Position numbers and translations under genes: made by a program. A model generated the notes under the pieces. It saw nothing but the letters and a program-made list of their open reading frames with translations. It did no database searches and was not told the origin of the DNA. Shown here piece by piece: positions 10,715 to 22,703 of a stretch of 64,000 bases of DNA. Each line of letters opens with the position of its first letter. Positions within the stretch are counted from its first letter, which is position 1. Source of the DNA: an uncultured Methanosarcinaceae archaeon (GTDB lineage: Archaea > Halobacteriota > Methanosarcinia > Methanosarcinales > Methanosarcinaceae); NCBI GenBank assembly GCA_963733675.1, contig CAVTET010000003.1, positions 192,001 to 256,000 of the forward strand, read 5' to 3'.

Positions 10715-10936
10715 TTAAACACAGAATTCCTCTCCCAGAGTAGTATCAATACACTCACGACATATCATTCTGGGAAGATCTTTCTTTAGCGTCAAATGGG
10801 CTAGCGGATATCCTCCTTTCATTGGCAACTCCACCTGCTTGATATGTTCTATGCAGAGGCCTTTCCCACAGACAATGCAAACACCTACTGCTTCATTGAC
10901 TTTATTCTCTTCTGAGCAATCATAGCATTTTAGCAT
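10715..10936 (-). CDS. DUF2180-family Cys-rich zinc-finger-like protein
   Basis: KCYDC..AVGVCIVCGKGLC.EH..CREC. Confidence 0.8.
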   Translation of the reverse strand: MLKCYDCSEENKVNEAVGVCIVCGKGLCIEHIKQVELPMKGGYPLAHLTLKKDLPRMICRECIDTTLGEEFCV

Positions 10937-10947
10937 TCTTGGTCACC

Positions 10948-11178
10948 TCAACAAACCTCATTAAATAGGCAGTTCTCTTTCAGGGATTCATGGCAAGGTA
11001 GGCAGACAATTCTTTTGATATGCTCAAGGTCAGGCTTCAGCTCGATTGGATAATTTCCTTCCCACACAGGGATTTCCTCATGTATAAGGTGTTCCTTACA
11101 AACTCCTCGCCCACATACTATACAAATCCCAATAGCGTCCGTATCTTTTCCTTCTCTGGCGCATTCGTAGCATTTCAT
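10948..11178 (-). CDS. DUF2180-family Cys-rich protein (tandem paralog)
   Basis: MKCYEC..AIGICIVCGRGVC.EH..CLPC; GGAGG RBS. Confidence 0.8.
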   Translation of the reverse strand: MKCYECAREGKDTDAIGICIVCGRGVCKEHLIHEEIPVWEGNYPIELKPDLEHIKRIVCLPCHESLKENCLFNEVC

Positions 11179-11278
11179 CGATTTTCCTCCACATCAGAAG
11201 AGTTGTTTCCTTCTCCGAACATCTCTACGTCTAAAACTAATGTAAGTATAACTAAATAGAGCTTTGTGGATATTTTCC

Positions 11279-11390
11279 TTACTCCTTTATAAGAGTCATC
11301 TCTTCCCCACAGCAAACAAGGATTCTACCTCCTACTTCCTCTACAATAACCTCATTGCAGAAGATAAGCAACTGTATTATTCCCCTTTAG
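11279..11390 (-). pseudogene. Desulforedoxin pseudogene
   Basis: Minus strand reads KGE*YSCL, frameshift, then IFCNEVIVEEVGGRILVCCGEEMTLIKE*, matching desulforedoxin GE.Y.C.ICGNEV.V...GGG.LVCCGE.M. Confidence 0.65.
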
Positions 11391-11669
11391 CGTATAAAAC
11401 AATAGCTAGCTCATTTCCCGTTCGTTGAATGTCGTACTCTTATGCAGTTTATAATTAATTCTCCTGTTCCTTAATTTCATTTGTAATTTATATCAAATAT
11501 AACTTAAGTACTTCAAGTATAAAATTAAATACAATAGGCTTGGCAATTAAAAATAAATTTTTTCCAATTAAAGGTCTAACTTTATTGATTTGTCAGTTAA
11601 ATAGCTAATTATTAATTACATATCTAGAATTGATACCATCACAGGCAAAGAAGGCTTTCTACTATCACT

Positions 11670-13038
11670 TTACCATATCACAGGCCTCTCATTCTCTGGC
11701 CTATATAATTTATCCACTGGTTTTACACTAGGTAACGTCTTGTAAAACTCAGACACATTGAAGACAACTCCGTTGACTCTAAACCTGTTTGGAGAATGGG
11801 GATCCGTAAGTGTTTGTATCCTCATGAATTCATTAGTTTCAGATTGCTTCGACATCTGGGCGAAGCTTAAGAAGAATCTTTGATCATCCGTAAATCCATT
11901 AATTATTTTTGGCTCTTCTTTCAATGAAAGTTTATATGCATGATAGGCTATCGTCAACCCTTCGAAATCTGCTATATTCTCCTGCAGGGTCAGGTTGCCA
12001 TTTACATGTAGATCTGGCAGGATTTCGAACCTGTTGTATTCGTCCACCAAAATCTCCGCGTTTTTATTAAAGCTATCAGCATCCTTTACCGTCCACCAAT
12101 TAGTTAAATTCCCATTTACGTCGAACTTCCTACCCTGGCTATCGAAATGATGAGTCATCTCGTGTCCTATAATGGTACCAATGACACCATAGTTGAACGC
12201 ATCATCAACGTCCTTGTTTAAAGAAGGGAGGCTGAATGCCAGCTGGAAAGACTACTAGGACCTTATTAAAATCAGCGTAGGCGTTAGTCTCCTGGGGATT
12301 CATCTCCCAGAGCTTACGATCCACTGGCTTGCCCATCTTATCTAAGCCATCGAAACTGTGATGGAACTTAAATTTAGAGGCACGAATGACATTCATGACA
12401 TATGAAGCATTATTCACTTCAAGCTCTGAATAATTCAGCCATTCATCGGGGTAGCCTACCTGAACATCCAAAACATCAAGCTTCATTAGGGCCTTTTTCT
12501 TGGTTTCAGGTTCCATCCATATCAAATTTTAATTATTTCCCTGAATGCTTTCTTTAGGTTGTGCATCGATACAGCCTGGACATCGGAGGCGTTGGAGATA
12601 TTGTCTATCATCTTTAGCTCGTCTTTGATGGGATCCAGAAGCTGCTTTTCAAGGGTGGTATTATCCATTCCCACAAAGTAGAACTTACCTATCTTCTGCT
12701 CGAGACTTCCCTTCGGAGCAGAGATGTTGTTGGCTGCGCTCTCGACTATTTTTTTGATGCGGTCGTAGGTTATGTCATCCACTATCTCAAACTCTCCATA
12801 TTTGGATTTGTCCGCAGGCAAAGGATGGCTTTTTATCCAAGCTCCATTAAACATATTCATAGAAATTATCGCCAGGTTTTACTGAGAGGTTCATGCTCCA
12901 GGGGTCGAAGGCCTTTTCATATCCTGAGATGGTTGTATTACCCATCGAAGTTTCAGAAGAACCAAAAGCTACGAGGTTCAAAGCAATAATTAGTGCAATG
13001 CCAAAAGCGAATAGACATATTGCTCTCTTTATCTTCAT
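11670..13038 (-). pseudogene. M13 (neprilysin/PepO-like) metallopeptidase pseudogene
   Basis: Four fragments: signal peptide plus PGDNFYEYVNG; QVGYPDEW; NAY..VFPAGI(L)QPPFF; GHEMTH (HExxH), ENIAD, DPHSP..RVNG. Frameshifts present; 1.37 kb total implies a large internal deletion. Confidence 0.9.
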
Positions 13039-14516
13039 GCATCCTCAACTCCTATGGATTCTAAGGGGCCTCTTAAACTGTAGCGTATAAAGGCTGTTTA
13101 TTTGCATGTGATTAGTTTCCCTAGCCACATTTTTTTGGGATCAAACAAAGTACGTGAATAAGACAGGAATTAAATCTCGAAATTTGTTGTTATCCTGGTT
13201 TGCTAAATGAATATCCATAATTAGAATAATCAGTTTTATTTTTCTTCCATGTATATTATAGGAAATGTAATTTCAATAACAGCATCCTTGGATCTCATTC
13301 TGCTGTTCTACTATTATTCAGGACTTAAACTAAAATTCAGGACTTAAACTAAACAATTGGGTTTCAAAATAAGGTGCAATTTAGATCATTGTTTTGACTT
13401 CTAATTTGAATAATTTGAGGTTTATTGCCATTGATTTTTCAGTTAAACAGTATAGTCCAGTTTTAGAGCAATTTAACTCATCTAGATAATCTATTTCATG
13501 ATTAAATTAGTCGGCTAGTCAGCGATAGATATTTTCTCCGAAACAACCGCTTATTTTCACCAACTGTTATCGCTTATAAGCGCCTTCACAATGTAAGTGT
13601 AGTCCTTGTTCAAGATGTATTCATAAGTTTCCGCATGTGAGATTGTTATCACCGCTAATGCTATAAGGAAGCAGGTAGGTAAAAACCTAAAGGTCTTATA
13701 GAGATGTTATTATATAATATCGGATATCATTTTGAATTAAATAATCAAAGTATTTCCACTCTTATTTAATAATATATTAGGAAATATGACTAAGGAACTA
13801 AGTATAAGTCTAAATAAATTCTGACTTATAAAAGTAACAACCCGTCCTAAAAAAATTAAAGAGTATAAATTTCGCTTTGATAAATTTTAACTGATTGTAT
13901 GAAATTACTTAGAAAAGCAGTTTCTTAATCTCAAATTGATTGATTACTCCCAGAAATATCACGTAATGTTGAGCGAAAAAGGCAGTAGTATAGTTAGCTC
14001 GGGAAATATGATCCAATATATATAGTGTATTTCATTGATTATTCTATCCTCGTAATATCTAAAAGCAAACTGGTTATATGTGTTTCAGGGTAATTCTAAG
14101 TGAAATTTATTTATTCCTATATATTAATCCCAACTTGATAAGAATACTGTAAAAAAACATATTCAAATTACTTTTTGTAAAATACGTAAAACATGGGTAA
14201 AATTTTATTGATTATTGTCATTTAATAAGTACTTAGATAAGGGCAACAGTTTCAGCACTAAAAAAAACACCCTGATACAGAACCCCTTCTTAAATAGCGT
14301 CAATAATCCTGGTGAGCCCTAGAACTGGGATCGATTCAAAAAACAAACACAAGGAAATAAGCAATCCACTTTTAAATTTCATATTGTAGAAGGAATGCGG
14401 TATTCAGGAACTTGATGAACCTGCATCTCCAGAATGGGATGAAAAGAAGCACTTACTAGGAGGAATTAGAATCGAAGGAGTTTTTATGGCTAAGTTCAAG
14501 AAATTTTTACAGAACT

Positions 14517-15212
14517 TCAATGTTTGTGTTTATCAGTTAAATGATGGTTCTGCAAGAGTTTTATTTTCCGGATAATATTAATAAAATTTTTAGTTTTATT
14601 TTTTACATCATCACTGCCTACCACTGCATAGATTGCAACCAAGCAGTCAGCTCCATTCTGAATAACACTCTCGCAGTTATCCATGTTTATTCCACCAATA
14701 GCAACTACAGGGATTCTTATTGAATTTTTGATTTCTCTTATTTTTTCAGGGCCAATCCCCTCTCCGGCATCTTTTTTGGTAGCAGTGTCAAATATAGGAC
14801 CCAGACCAACGTAATCAGCACCCTTGTTTTCTGCTTCGATTGCTTCATAAACATTATGGACAGTGAGACCAATTATCTTATCTTCGCCTAGAAGTTTTCT
14901 TGCAATTTCGATTGGCATATCATTCTGGCCTAAATGTACGCCTTCTGCATCAACTGCTAACGCAATATCAATTCTATCATTAACCAAAAATTTTGCATTA
15001 TTCCTGCATATTCTCTTGATTTCTGTTGCTTCACAGATCATTTTTTTTGTACTCTTATTTTTTTCTCGGTACTGAATAATCTGACATCCTGCCTCAACTG
15101 CTTCCCTGACATCGGATAAAATCCCTTTCTTTGAGAACTTGGAATCTGTCACAAGGTAAAAGTCAATATATTTTAGAAAATATTTTTTCTGATTTATGTT
15201 CCCCTTTTCCAT
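14517..15212 (-). CDS. thiE: Thiamine-phosphate synthase
   Basis: [40 protein letters not shown]; start taken at ATG 15212 (ORF track extends to 15248). Confidence 0.95.
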   Translation of the reverse strand: MEKGNINQKKYFLKYIDFYLVTDSKFSKKGILSDVREAVEAGCQIIQYREKNKSTKKMICEATEIKRICRNNAKFLVNDRIDIALAVDAEGVHLGQNDMPIEIARKLLGEDKIIGLTVHNVYEAIEAENKGADYVGLGPIFDTATKKDAGEGIGPEKIREIKNSIRIPVVAIGGINMDNCESVIQNGADCLVAIYAVVGSDDVKNKTKNFINIIRKIKLLQNHHLTDKHKH

Positions 15213-15264
15213 AGATATCTGCCCATCAAAATAGATTTTTAAAATCATGTTTTCCTAAATTTCG

Positions 15265-15503
15265 TTTGATTAGAATTTTTGATATGTTTGGAGATCACTA
15301 AAACTAACCACTAACTCTACCAGCAAATGATGGAGAGGATTTCGATAAACCTCTGATTTTACGAGTTACTGATGTCATATTTATAAAGATACTACGAAAT
15401 GTGGGTTTAATCAAAACCTTCTCCATCATTTGCTGGTAGAGTTAGTGGTTAGTTTTAGCGATCTCCAAACATATTGAAAAGCCTCTGAATTTTTCTAATC
15501 AAA
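15265..15503. repeat. Long inverted repeat (55-bp core arms, 54/55 match) enclosing an 83-bp MITE-like spacer
   Basis: 15282-15336 is the reverse complement of 15420-15474 except a15297/c15459; outer TTTGATTAGAA/TTCTAATCAAA extension. Confidence 0.9.
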
Positions 15504-15532
15504 TCAGATTAAAGAGTTTCTGTCGTCTAAAC

Positions 15533-16318
15533 TTACTTTTCTTCAAAATTCATCATATTTTTTACTTTCTCATCTGAAAGATTGAAAACTTCGTCATACA
15601 AATTGACAATAAAACTTCCAGGCCCATTTGATTTCTCAGCCGCGAGTTCTCCTGCAACTCCAAAGTAGCATAAGGCGTCTTTGGATGCATCAAAATAATT
15701 GAAATTAATTGAAGCAAACAAACCTATTACCGATGCAGCCATACATCCAGTTCCGACAATTGACCCCATTTGCTCGTTACCATTCCTTATAATATATATC
15801 TTTTTCCCATCACTTATTATGTCTTCTTTTCCTGTCATCACTACAATAGATGATTTTGATTTTGCAAGTTCCTTTGCTACTTTTTCAGGATCAACGTTGA
15901 TGGAAGTCGTTTCCACTCCTTTTGTTTCAGTGCTTTCACCTGCCAATTTTGCAATTTCAGAATAGTTACCTTTGATAATGTCGATTTGGACAGAATCAAG
16001 AATTTTAGCAGCCATTTCATTTCTAAATTTAGTAGAGCCAACGCCTACTGCATCAAATATTACAGGGATTTTCTTTTCGTTTGCAGAAGAAGCAGAGAGT
16101 ATCATTGCATCAATGATTTCAGATGTCAAAGTTCCGATGTTAAGTACAAGCGCCGATGAAATCGCTGTCATATCGGCACATTCCTCGGGGGAATGTGCCA
16201 TTACAGGGAGTGCACCAAAAACTCTTGTCATATTTGCACATTCGTAAATAGTAACCCAGTTGGTAATATGATGTATCAGTGGTTTCGTTTCCCTTATTTT
16301 TTGCAGTGGGCTATTCAT
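15533..16318 (-). CDS. thiM: Hydroxyethylthiazole kinase
   Basis: [38 protein letters not shown]. Confidence 0.95.
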   Translation of the reverse strand: MNSPLQKIRETKPLIHHITNWVTIYECANMTRVFGALPVMAHSPEECADMTAISSALVLNIGTLTSEIIDAMILSASSANEKKIPVIFDAVGVGSTKFRNEMAAKILDSVQIDIIKGNYSEIAKLAGESTETKGVETTSINVDPEKVAKELAKSKSSIVVMTGKEDIISDGKKIYIIRNGNEQMGSIVGTGCMAASVIGLFASINFNYFDASKDALCYFGVAGELAAEKSNGPGSFIVNLYDEVFNLSDEKVKNMMNFEEK

Positions 16319-17253
16319 TAATATTCTCCATAACTGCTTTATTTCGACTGCTTAAGATGTACATATTTGTATAATTTGTTTGCCTATTTACTTGCTATTA
16401 TCCGTTAACCAATTTTAAATCATATATCTCTCAAAAAGTCGATGCTATTAGTGTCTAAAAAAAATTCTTTATTGCACTTCATACAAAAAACTATGAAATC
16501 TCTTATTCTGTAGACACAATTGTCTGGATACATAGTTCCATTTTATAGTGCAAACGTGGCTGCAAATATTAATAGCTAGTCAATTATGATTCATAGGGAA
16601 GTTTCCATCCCTACAACAATCTTAGTGGTGTTAAACTGGAATAAAATACATTACCGATAACCGACAGTTCTATAAATAAAACCCTATAAATTTGTTCAAT
16701 GAATCCTAGTAAAGAAGGCTATTGATTTGTTTTAGTTTAGGATGATCAGTTACTAGTTTTGATCGGATTTTCGAGATTGAATTGGACAGTTTATATTGAT
16801 GACGGAAAAAAACTTAATATTTGTGAACAATTGAACAGCAAAAATGCTAAAATAGAACAAAACCTTTGAATTAAATTTTTTTTGGACTTAAGATGAAAAC
16901 TGACAAATATGTACAAATTTTCGATTAAATTTTTGAAGGCCTTAAAATGATTTTTTTAGCGAAAAAATAAAATTTCATTCTTGATAAAATTTATACTATC
17001 AAGCTAAAGATATAAATTACTCATTCTAAATCGCTAAGCATCAATATGAAGATTAAAAACAAAAGATGTAGGTTTGAATTGTGAAATTAAAACAGAAGCA
17101 TGAAACCGATGCAAAAATTACATATTTATATTTCAGGTAAGTTCTGGTTAATTGTTGAGTTGACAACGTTAAACTAATGTTGGATTGTTGCTTACGTACC
17201 TGCGCTTTAGTTGATCCATTGAAGGAAATGTCTTTGTCAGTAATTTTTATATA

Positions 17254-18447
17254 TTAGGAATATTTCCTTAAATTTGATTCTAATATTTGTATATTATATG
17301 AAACAAAAAACAGGAAAGGGAGAGCTATAAATATTATGACAATATCGTGCAAAATATAATTGTGTATGAAGTTTGTTCCGGAATTCCACAGAGCAAAAAA
17401 AGGCCTGTGGAATAGGTAGACACAATATGAAGAAGTAGCTATATATGTAAAGATAGAACTCAGCGTGCTTGAAAATTTATCATTTATAAATTTCATTGCA
17501 AACCTGTATTCAAAGATACAGAAGATTATTACAAAAATATTTAGAAGTAAAGTATCAAGGATGAATTGTAAAGTGGTGTAATTCAGATTTAATGAATTTG
17601 CCCAGCTATTCAACATCGATATGATCATTGAAGATCCTATTGTACCGCTGCCTACGGAGTTAATTGTAAAATAAACTTTTGGATCTAAAAACAAGAGTGT
17701 TCTTGACTCTAAAACAATAATCAATACAAATATAACCGGAAGAACTGCCAGTATGATCTGGATAACAGGTTTTTTCATGATGTCTATCTCGGATTTTTCA
17801 AATAAGCTCTCTTTACAGGTGAGGATACCAAACACAAATACTGAGAAAAACATAAAAAAACGGGGATCAATGATACTGAAAGTCTTTGAGAGTAATAAAA
17901 ACACTATAAATATGATAAATGAATTAAGTAAAATATATCTTGCATCTTTTGAAAACATAATAATGAAGGGATAAAGGGTGTAGAATGCGATAATTAGACC
18001 GATAAAATATAATGTTAACATCGGGGAAGCGTAAGCTGGAGCAAGAAAAATTTGTAATCCTAAAATATGTATCAAAATATTAAAATAACCAAATGCACTA
18101 TCTGCATGGGGAAATACAAAACCAGTATTTAGTTTTTGAGCAAATACCGAGAACACAACTATATAAGCTACGAGAGCTGCCCAGTAAAGAGGAAAAATTC
18201 TGAAAAGTCTTTTTTTATAGAAGGATAATAAACTTTGCAATGAATTTATAGAATGGTTGTTATAATATAACAAATATCCACTTATAAAAATAAATAGCCC
18301 TAAACCCATATTTGCGAAATAAGGATCAAAGGCATAAAGTCCTAGCTTACTGTAAATAGAAAATAAGAAGTTGCTCAAGTGAGCTGGAATAATCATAATT
18401 ATTGCTAAAGCCCTAAGAAAATCAAATGCAATTATTTTATTGTTCAT
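17254..18447 (-). CDS. Acyltransferase family 3 (OafA-like) membrane protein
   Basis: FDFLRALAI, FIFISGYL, FYKKRLFRIFPLYW, SY.VYLFH; many TM helices; likely start ATG 18447. Confidence 0.85.
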   Translation of the reverse strand: MNNKIIAFDFLRALAIIMIIPAHLSNFLFSIYSKLGLYAFDPYFANMGLGLFIFISGYLLYYNNHSINSLQSLLSFYKKRLFRIFPLYWAALVAYIVVFSVFAQKLNTGFVFPHADSAFGYFNILIHILGLQIFLAPAYASPMLTLYFIGLIIAFYTLYPFIIMFSKDARYILLNSFIIFIVFLLLSKTFSIIDPRFFMFFSVFVFGILTCKESLFEKSEIDIMKKPVIQIILAVLPVIFVLIIVLESRTLLFLDPKVYFTINSVGSGTIGSSMIISMLNSWANSLNLNYTTLQFILDTLLLNIFVIIFCIFEYRFAMKFINDKFSSTLSSIFTYIATSSYCVYLFHRPFFALWNSGTNFIHNYILHDIVIIFIALPFLFFVSYNIQILESNLRKYS

Positions 18448-20842
18448 ACTTCCAATTCCCATAAGTAAAATTTTGAATAAATCTGAATAAACGACTTTAA
18501 TTGAACATTTATTAACGATCATTATCAAATTTTTTCATTGACAAAGACAATTTTGTCAAAAATTACCCAACATTGATACATATATTTGAATCATGCGATT
18601 TTATCATTTACTAATTTAGATAAATAATTGATTTGGTATCCAACTGACGTTAATAATATTATGCTTATAATTTTTCCTTACTTCTCAGGCTTTTTATTAT
18701 CGATAATTGTAGTATTATTATATTATCAACCATTCAGATAAAAGTCTACTTTCGTGACCAATTTATAAAGTTGATACTCATCTGACGGAGCGCAGGAGTT
18801 TAGCTAAATGCATTCTAATAAATCGAAGACTTCGATTTTTCTTCGCTAGGAATCTTTCCAAATCTTTATCACCGATTCTTTTAGGGTCCATCTTCTCTGG
18901 TTTTAAAGCTACCTTCCACTATTTTAAAACATTACTTATCCCCAGAGGATGTTCTTTTACTGCTTTTTTATTCTTAAGTTACTGAATTTTGATTTCGCTC
19001 AAAAGTAAGCTATATATCTGCAAATCACTTCGTTTTTTCAGATAACTTTACATACGAATCACGAAGTTATGAAGTTGTTATTCTGAAACGTTTGGTCAGC
19101 TAATTATCTCTATCAATTCTTTCCATGAAGTTTATATACAAAGTATGACTTATTACTTTTCCTCTCACTCTCTGTCTCTAATTATCCTCATTTTACTTCA
19201 TTTTCTCGAGGTTTATCTTTTTTTGTATTGCACAGATCTGAATGTATAAAGTAGCGTCTGGAACCTTTTTTTTATTTTCAAACCAAGGTACTAAGTTGTC
19301 ACTACAACTATCCCACTATTTGTTTTCGTTGTAATCATTTGGAGTCATTGATATTTTTATTTATGGATGACCAGACTGTGATATTTTCGGGTATGTACTC
19401 AAGAAAACCAAGAAATTTTCGAAAAAAAAATACAGATTAAATGGGGAAACTGGAAAAGAAAATAGAGGGGAAAATATTTTTTTACATTTTTTGGGACAAA
19501 TTTTTCAACTTTCAGAATGTGATCTATATGTTACTCCCAGCAAACGGAGCTATCCTTCAAATCTAATAATATACTCTTGTGACCCATTTATGAGAAAGTG
19601 TTCCAAGACTTCTGTTTCTAGTTTTTTTATTCTTCAAAACAATTGTGCTTTATTACCTTTCTAGCTGTCAAAAAAAGTTATTTTTGCACAGATATAAATT
19701 TGCGGATATGACAGCTGTCTGTTATACCTGGTTATAGGCGGGTTCACAAACTATTCTTGGATATAGAGCCGATATCCCTACATTACTACTTCAGAGGAAA
19801 CTGCCTTTTATGTAGTAACTGCTGTTTCTAGAGAGTAGTTAAATGTGGCCACTGAGCTGGAGATATTCTGAATATAACTTGTCACTCATTTCAGTTTTGT
19901 GTCATCAAAGGATTTTTCCTACATCATTATCCTGTTTGCCTAAGACTTGATATTGATTTTTGTAGAATCAACACTTGTTTTTATTTATCGTTTGCAATAA
20001 GTTCAGACCTCTGATTAAATAAAAAATAAAAAAGTTATGCTTTCCGAAAGTTTTGGAGAAAATCAGCTAGAAGATAGAACATCTCATAATTTTTTTCTCA
20101 AATACGCAAAATCCATTTTTGAGGAATTCAGAGACACAATGTTTCCATCATTTTTTTTCAAGTACGACTTCCTTTTTATCATGGTTGTGAAATTTAATAC
20201 TATGGGTTTGCCTTTATTTATCTGTGATAGTAACTTTTCTTCAGCTATTATTTAAAGAAGATTTGAAATACTAATAAGATTATATTTGCATTGTTGTTCG
20301 AGTACCGTAATTTCTTTATCCATTGGGGCTTCACCAGGATCGAGGTACAGGCTAACAAAGGGCTTTGTATCGGTGGCGAAATTTCTAGTTGTACTACTGC
20401 TGTAAATATGATTTCAAGTTGCAGAAATGCCAGATAGAACCAAATAGCTTCTTAAATTCTATAGATAATTTAGATAAGCCCCAAATTTTGTTATATGCTT
20501 ATAAATATTGATAAATGCCTCGTGAAAATAAGATGTTTAGTCGAAATACTCTATGGAAAAATTAGCAACTTTTTTATTGAAAAAAATACTTATTTGCATA
20601 TTCCAATGACATGAGGAGAATAGCATATGCCAAAAAACATGTGCTACTTTTTAGTTCATAATATTTGTTTGAAAGAATAAAAAAAGGAAAAGATTATATA
20701 GATAGCAGTGAGTTATCATTTTCCTATCAGGCAAGAATCCATAAAATTATGATAATGTGGCAATCAACAAGCCTGAGAATATTCGGTATTGAAATGAGAC
20801 TCTTAGTACCTTGAATATTCCAGTTAAAAAGAAGGGACAATT

Positions 20843-22363
20843 ATGAAACCATCAAATGTAGAACTGAATCCGAACAAACTGGTACAGTACCTCAACAAAC
20901 CAGCAAGCGAATTCACCAAAGAAGACATTATGAAATTTATCAAGGAAAACGGCATTAAGATGCTGACTTTTCGTTATGTTGGTGGGGATGGGAGGCTTAA
21001 ATCCCTAGCTTTCGTTATAAGAGACGAAGAACATCTTGACAACTTACTTTCCGCCGGAGAGAGGGTAGATGGATCGAGTATTTTTACATATATTGAGGCG
21101 TCCTCAAGCGACCTTTATGTCCTCCCTAAATATAGAACTGCCTTTGTAAATCCTTTTGAAGAAATTCCTACCCTGGACATTCTCTGTTCATACTTCGACA
21201 AGGATGGTACCCCCCTAAAAAGCGCTTCTGAAACAGTCATGAAGAAGGCTGCCCATACTCTGACTCAGAAGACAGGCTACGAACTTCAGTTAATGGGAGA
21301 ACTTGAATACTACATCATTGCCAATAAAGATGAAGTCAACATGAGTTTCCCAGCGGTTGACCAGAGGGGCTACCACGAATGTAATCCTTTCACCAAATTC
21401 GACCAGCTCAGGAAGGAAGCAATGATGTACATCTCCGAAGCTGGAGGGAAAATCAAGTATGGACACTCTGAAGTCGGGAACTTCTCTGACGACAAATACT
21501 ACTACGAGCAGAATGAAATCGAATTCGAAACAGATACCTTAGAAAACAGTGCCGACAGGCTTCTTATTGCGAAATGGATGCTCAGGATGCTTGCCGATCA
21601 ATACGGAGTAGTTGTCAGTTTTGCACCGAAGATAACTGTAGGAAAAGCAGGAAGCGGGCTGCATATCCATATGAAGCTTCTGAAAGACGGTAAGAGTGTC
21701 ATGGTCGAGAATGGAGATGTTAGCGACGTTGCGAAGAATGCAATGGTCGGTCTTCTTGACGTTTCAGCTGGCATAACCGCTTTTGGAAACAAGATTCCCA
21801 CTTCCTATTTGCGTCTTGTTCCACATCAGGAAGCTCCTACTAACATCTGTTGGGGAGACAGAAATCGTTCTGCCTTAATCCGTGTACCCCTTGGCTGGTT
21901 CTCCGAAGAGTCCAGCAAGATGGTAACTCTCGCCAATCCGATTTATAATGAGGAGCTCAAGAGCCACAGTTACAAGTCGACCTTCGAATATCGTGCTTCA
22001 GACAGCACAGCTGATCTCTATCTACTTTTTGCAGCTTTTGCTGTAGGTGTTCGCCATGGATTTGAGATTAACAACGCCTTGGAACTAGCAGCTAAGCTTT
22101 ATATCGACGTGAACATCTTTAATGATGAACATAAGGATAGGCTTGCACAGCTTGAACACCTTCCTGCTTCCTGTTACGAGTCCGCTCAGGCGCTGAAGAA
22201 ACAGAAGAATATTTTCACGCAGTACGATGTTTTCACCGAAGGTATGATCAACGACATTGTGAAGGGACTTGAGGCCTTTGATGACTACCAGCTCAGCGAG
22301 AGGCTTTACGGCAAGAACGAAGAAATCAAAAAACTTGTGGACGGTTATATCCACATTGGCTGA
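20843..22363 (+). CDS. glnA: Glutamine synthetase (506-aa GlnA2-type of Methanosarcina)
   Basis: DGSS, GELEYY, HSEV, AGSGLHIH, SYLRLVPHQEAP, WGDRNRSALIRVP, EYR. Confidence 0.93.
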   Translation: MKPSNVELNPNKLVQYLNKPASEFTKEDIMKFIKENGIKMLTFRYVGGDGRLKSLAFVIRDEEHLDNLLSAGERVDGSSIFTYIEASSSDLYVLPKYRTAFVNPFEEIPTLDILCSYFDKDGTPLKSASETVMKKAAHTLTQKTGYELQLMGELEYYIIANKDEVNMSFPAVDQRGYHECNPFTKFDQLRKEAMMYISEAGGKIKYGHSEVGNFSDDKYYYEQNEIEFETDTLENSADRLLIAKWMLRMLADQYGVVVSFAPKITVGKAGSGLHIHMKLLKDGKSVMVENGDVSDVAKNAMVGLLDVSAGITAFGNKIPTSYLRLVPHQEAPTNICWGDRNRSALIRVPLGWFSEESSKMVTLANPIYNEELKSHSYKSTFEYRASDSTADLYLLFAAFAVGVRHGFEINNALELAAKLYIDVNIFNDEHKDRLAQLEHLPASCYESAQALKKQKNIFTQYDVFTEGMINDIVKGLEAFDDYQLSERLYGKNEEIKKLVDGYIHIG

Positions 22364-22703
22364 TATTAGTTTCAGCACTATAAAAACATTTTTCTTTTTT
22401 TTAAGCTAGTAAAAACCGCAGAATCCTGCTCATTGGAAGTAAAGGGTTGCTACAAACATGTTTTCGTTAGGTTTTTTCGAGTAATGTGCCTCTTAATTCT
22501 CAAGCTTCTTATTCCTTTAGCTTATGTTTTCCTGGAAATAGATTCTTTCTGAGTTTACTTTTCCTTTGAGTTTTAACCTTTCAGGGCGATCTCCTCTTGG
22601 CTTCTTCAACCTTAGACTCAAGGATACGATTCTGGGTTGATTTTATCTAGCTTAACGAAATTTATAGGGAGATTGAAATGACAAACACTCGGATTGATCA
22701 AAA

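Noticed and set aside
13316-13353. 19-bp tandem duplication ATTCAGGACTTAAACTAAA (and a 13-bp duplication near 7949-7977)
   Set aside because: Two copies only; simple slippage at a MITE end or in pseudogene DNA
14290-14510. Coding-like fragment (IQELDEPASPEWDEKKHLLGGIRIEGVFMAKFKK)
   Set aside because: Probably a gene relic, but no family could be assigned by eye
16319-16800. TPP riboswitch upstream of thiM
   Set aside because: No recognisable GCUGAGA / ACCUGAU core on the minus strand
18780-20420. Coding-like degenerate stretches (also 31100-31700, 32800-33130 and 46150-46500)
   Set aside because: Many stops and no motif that could be recognised with confidence; needs frameshift-aware BLASTX
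20500-20842. NrpR operator upstream of glnA
   Set aside because: No GGAA-N6-TTCC match found by eye
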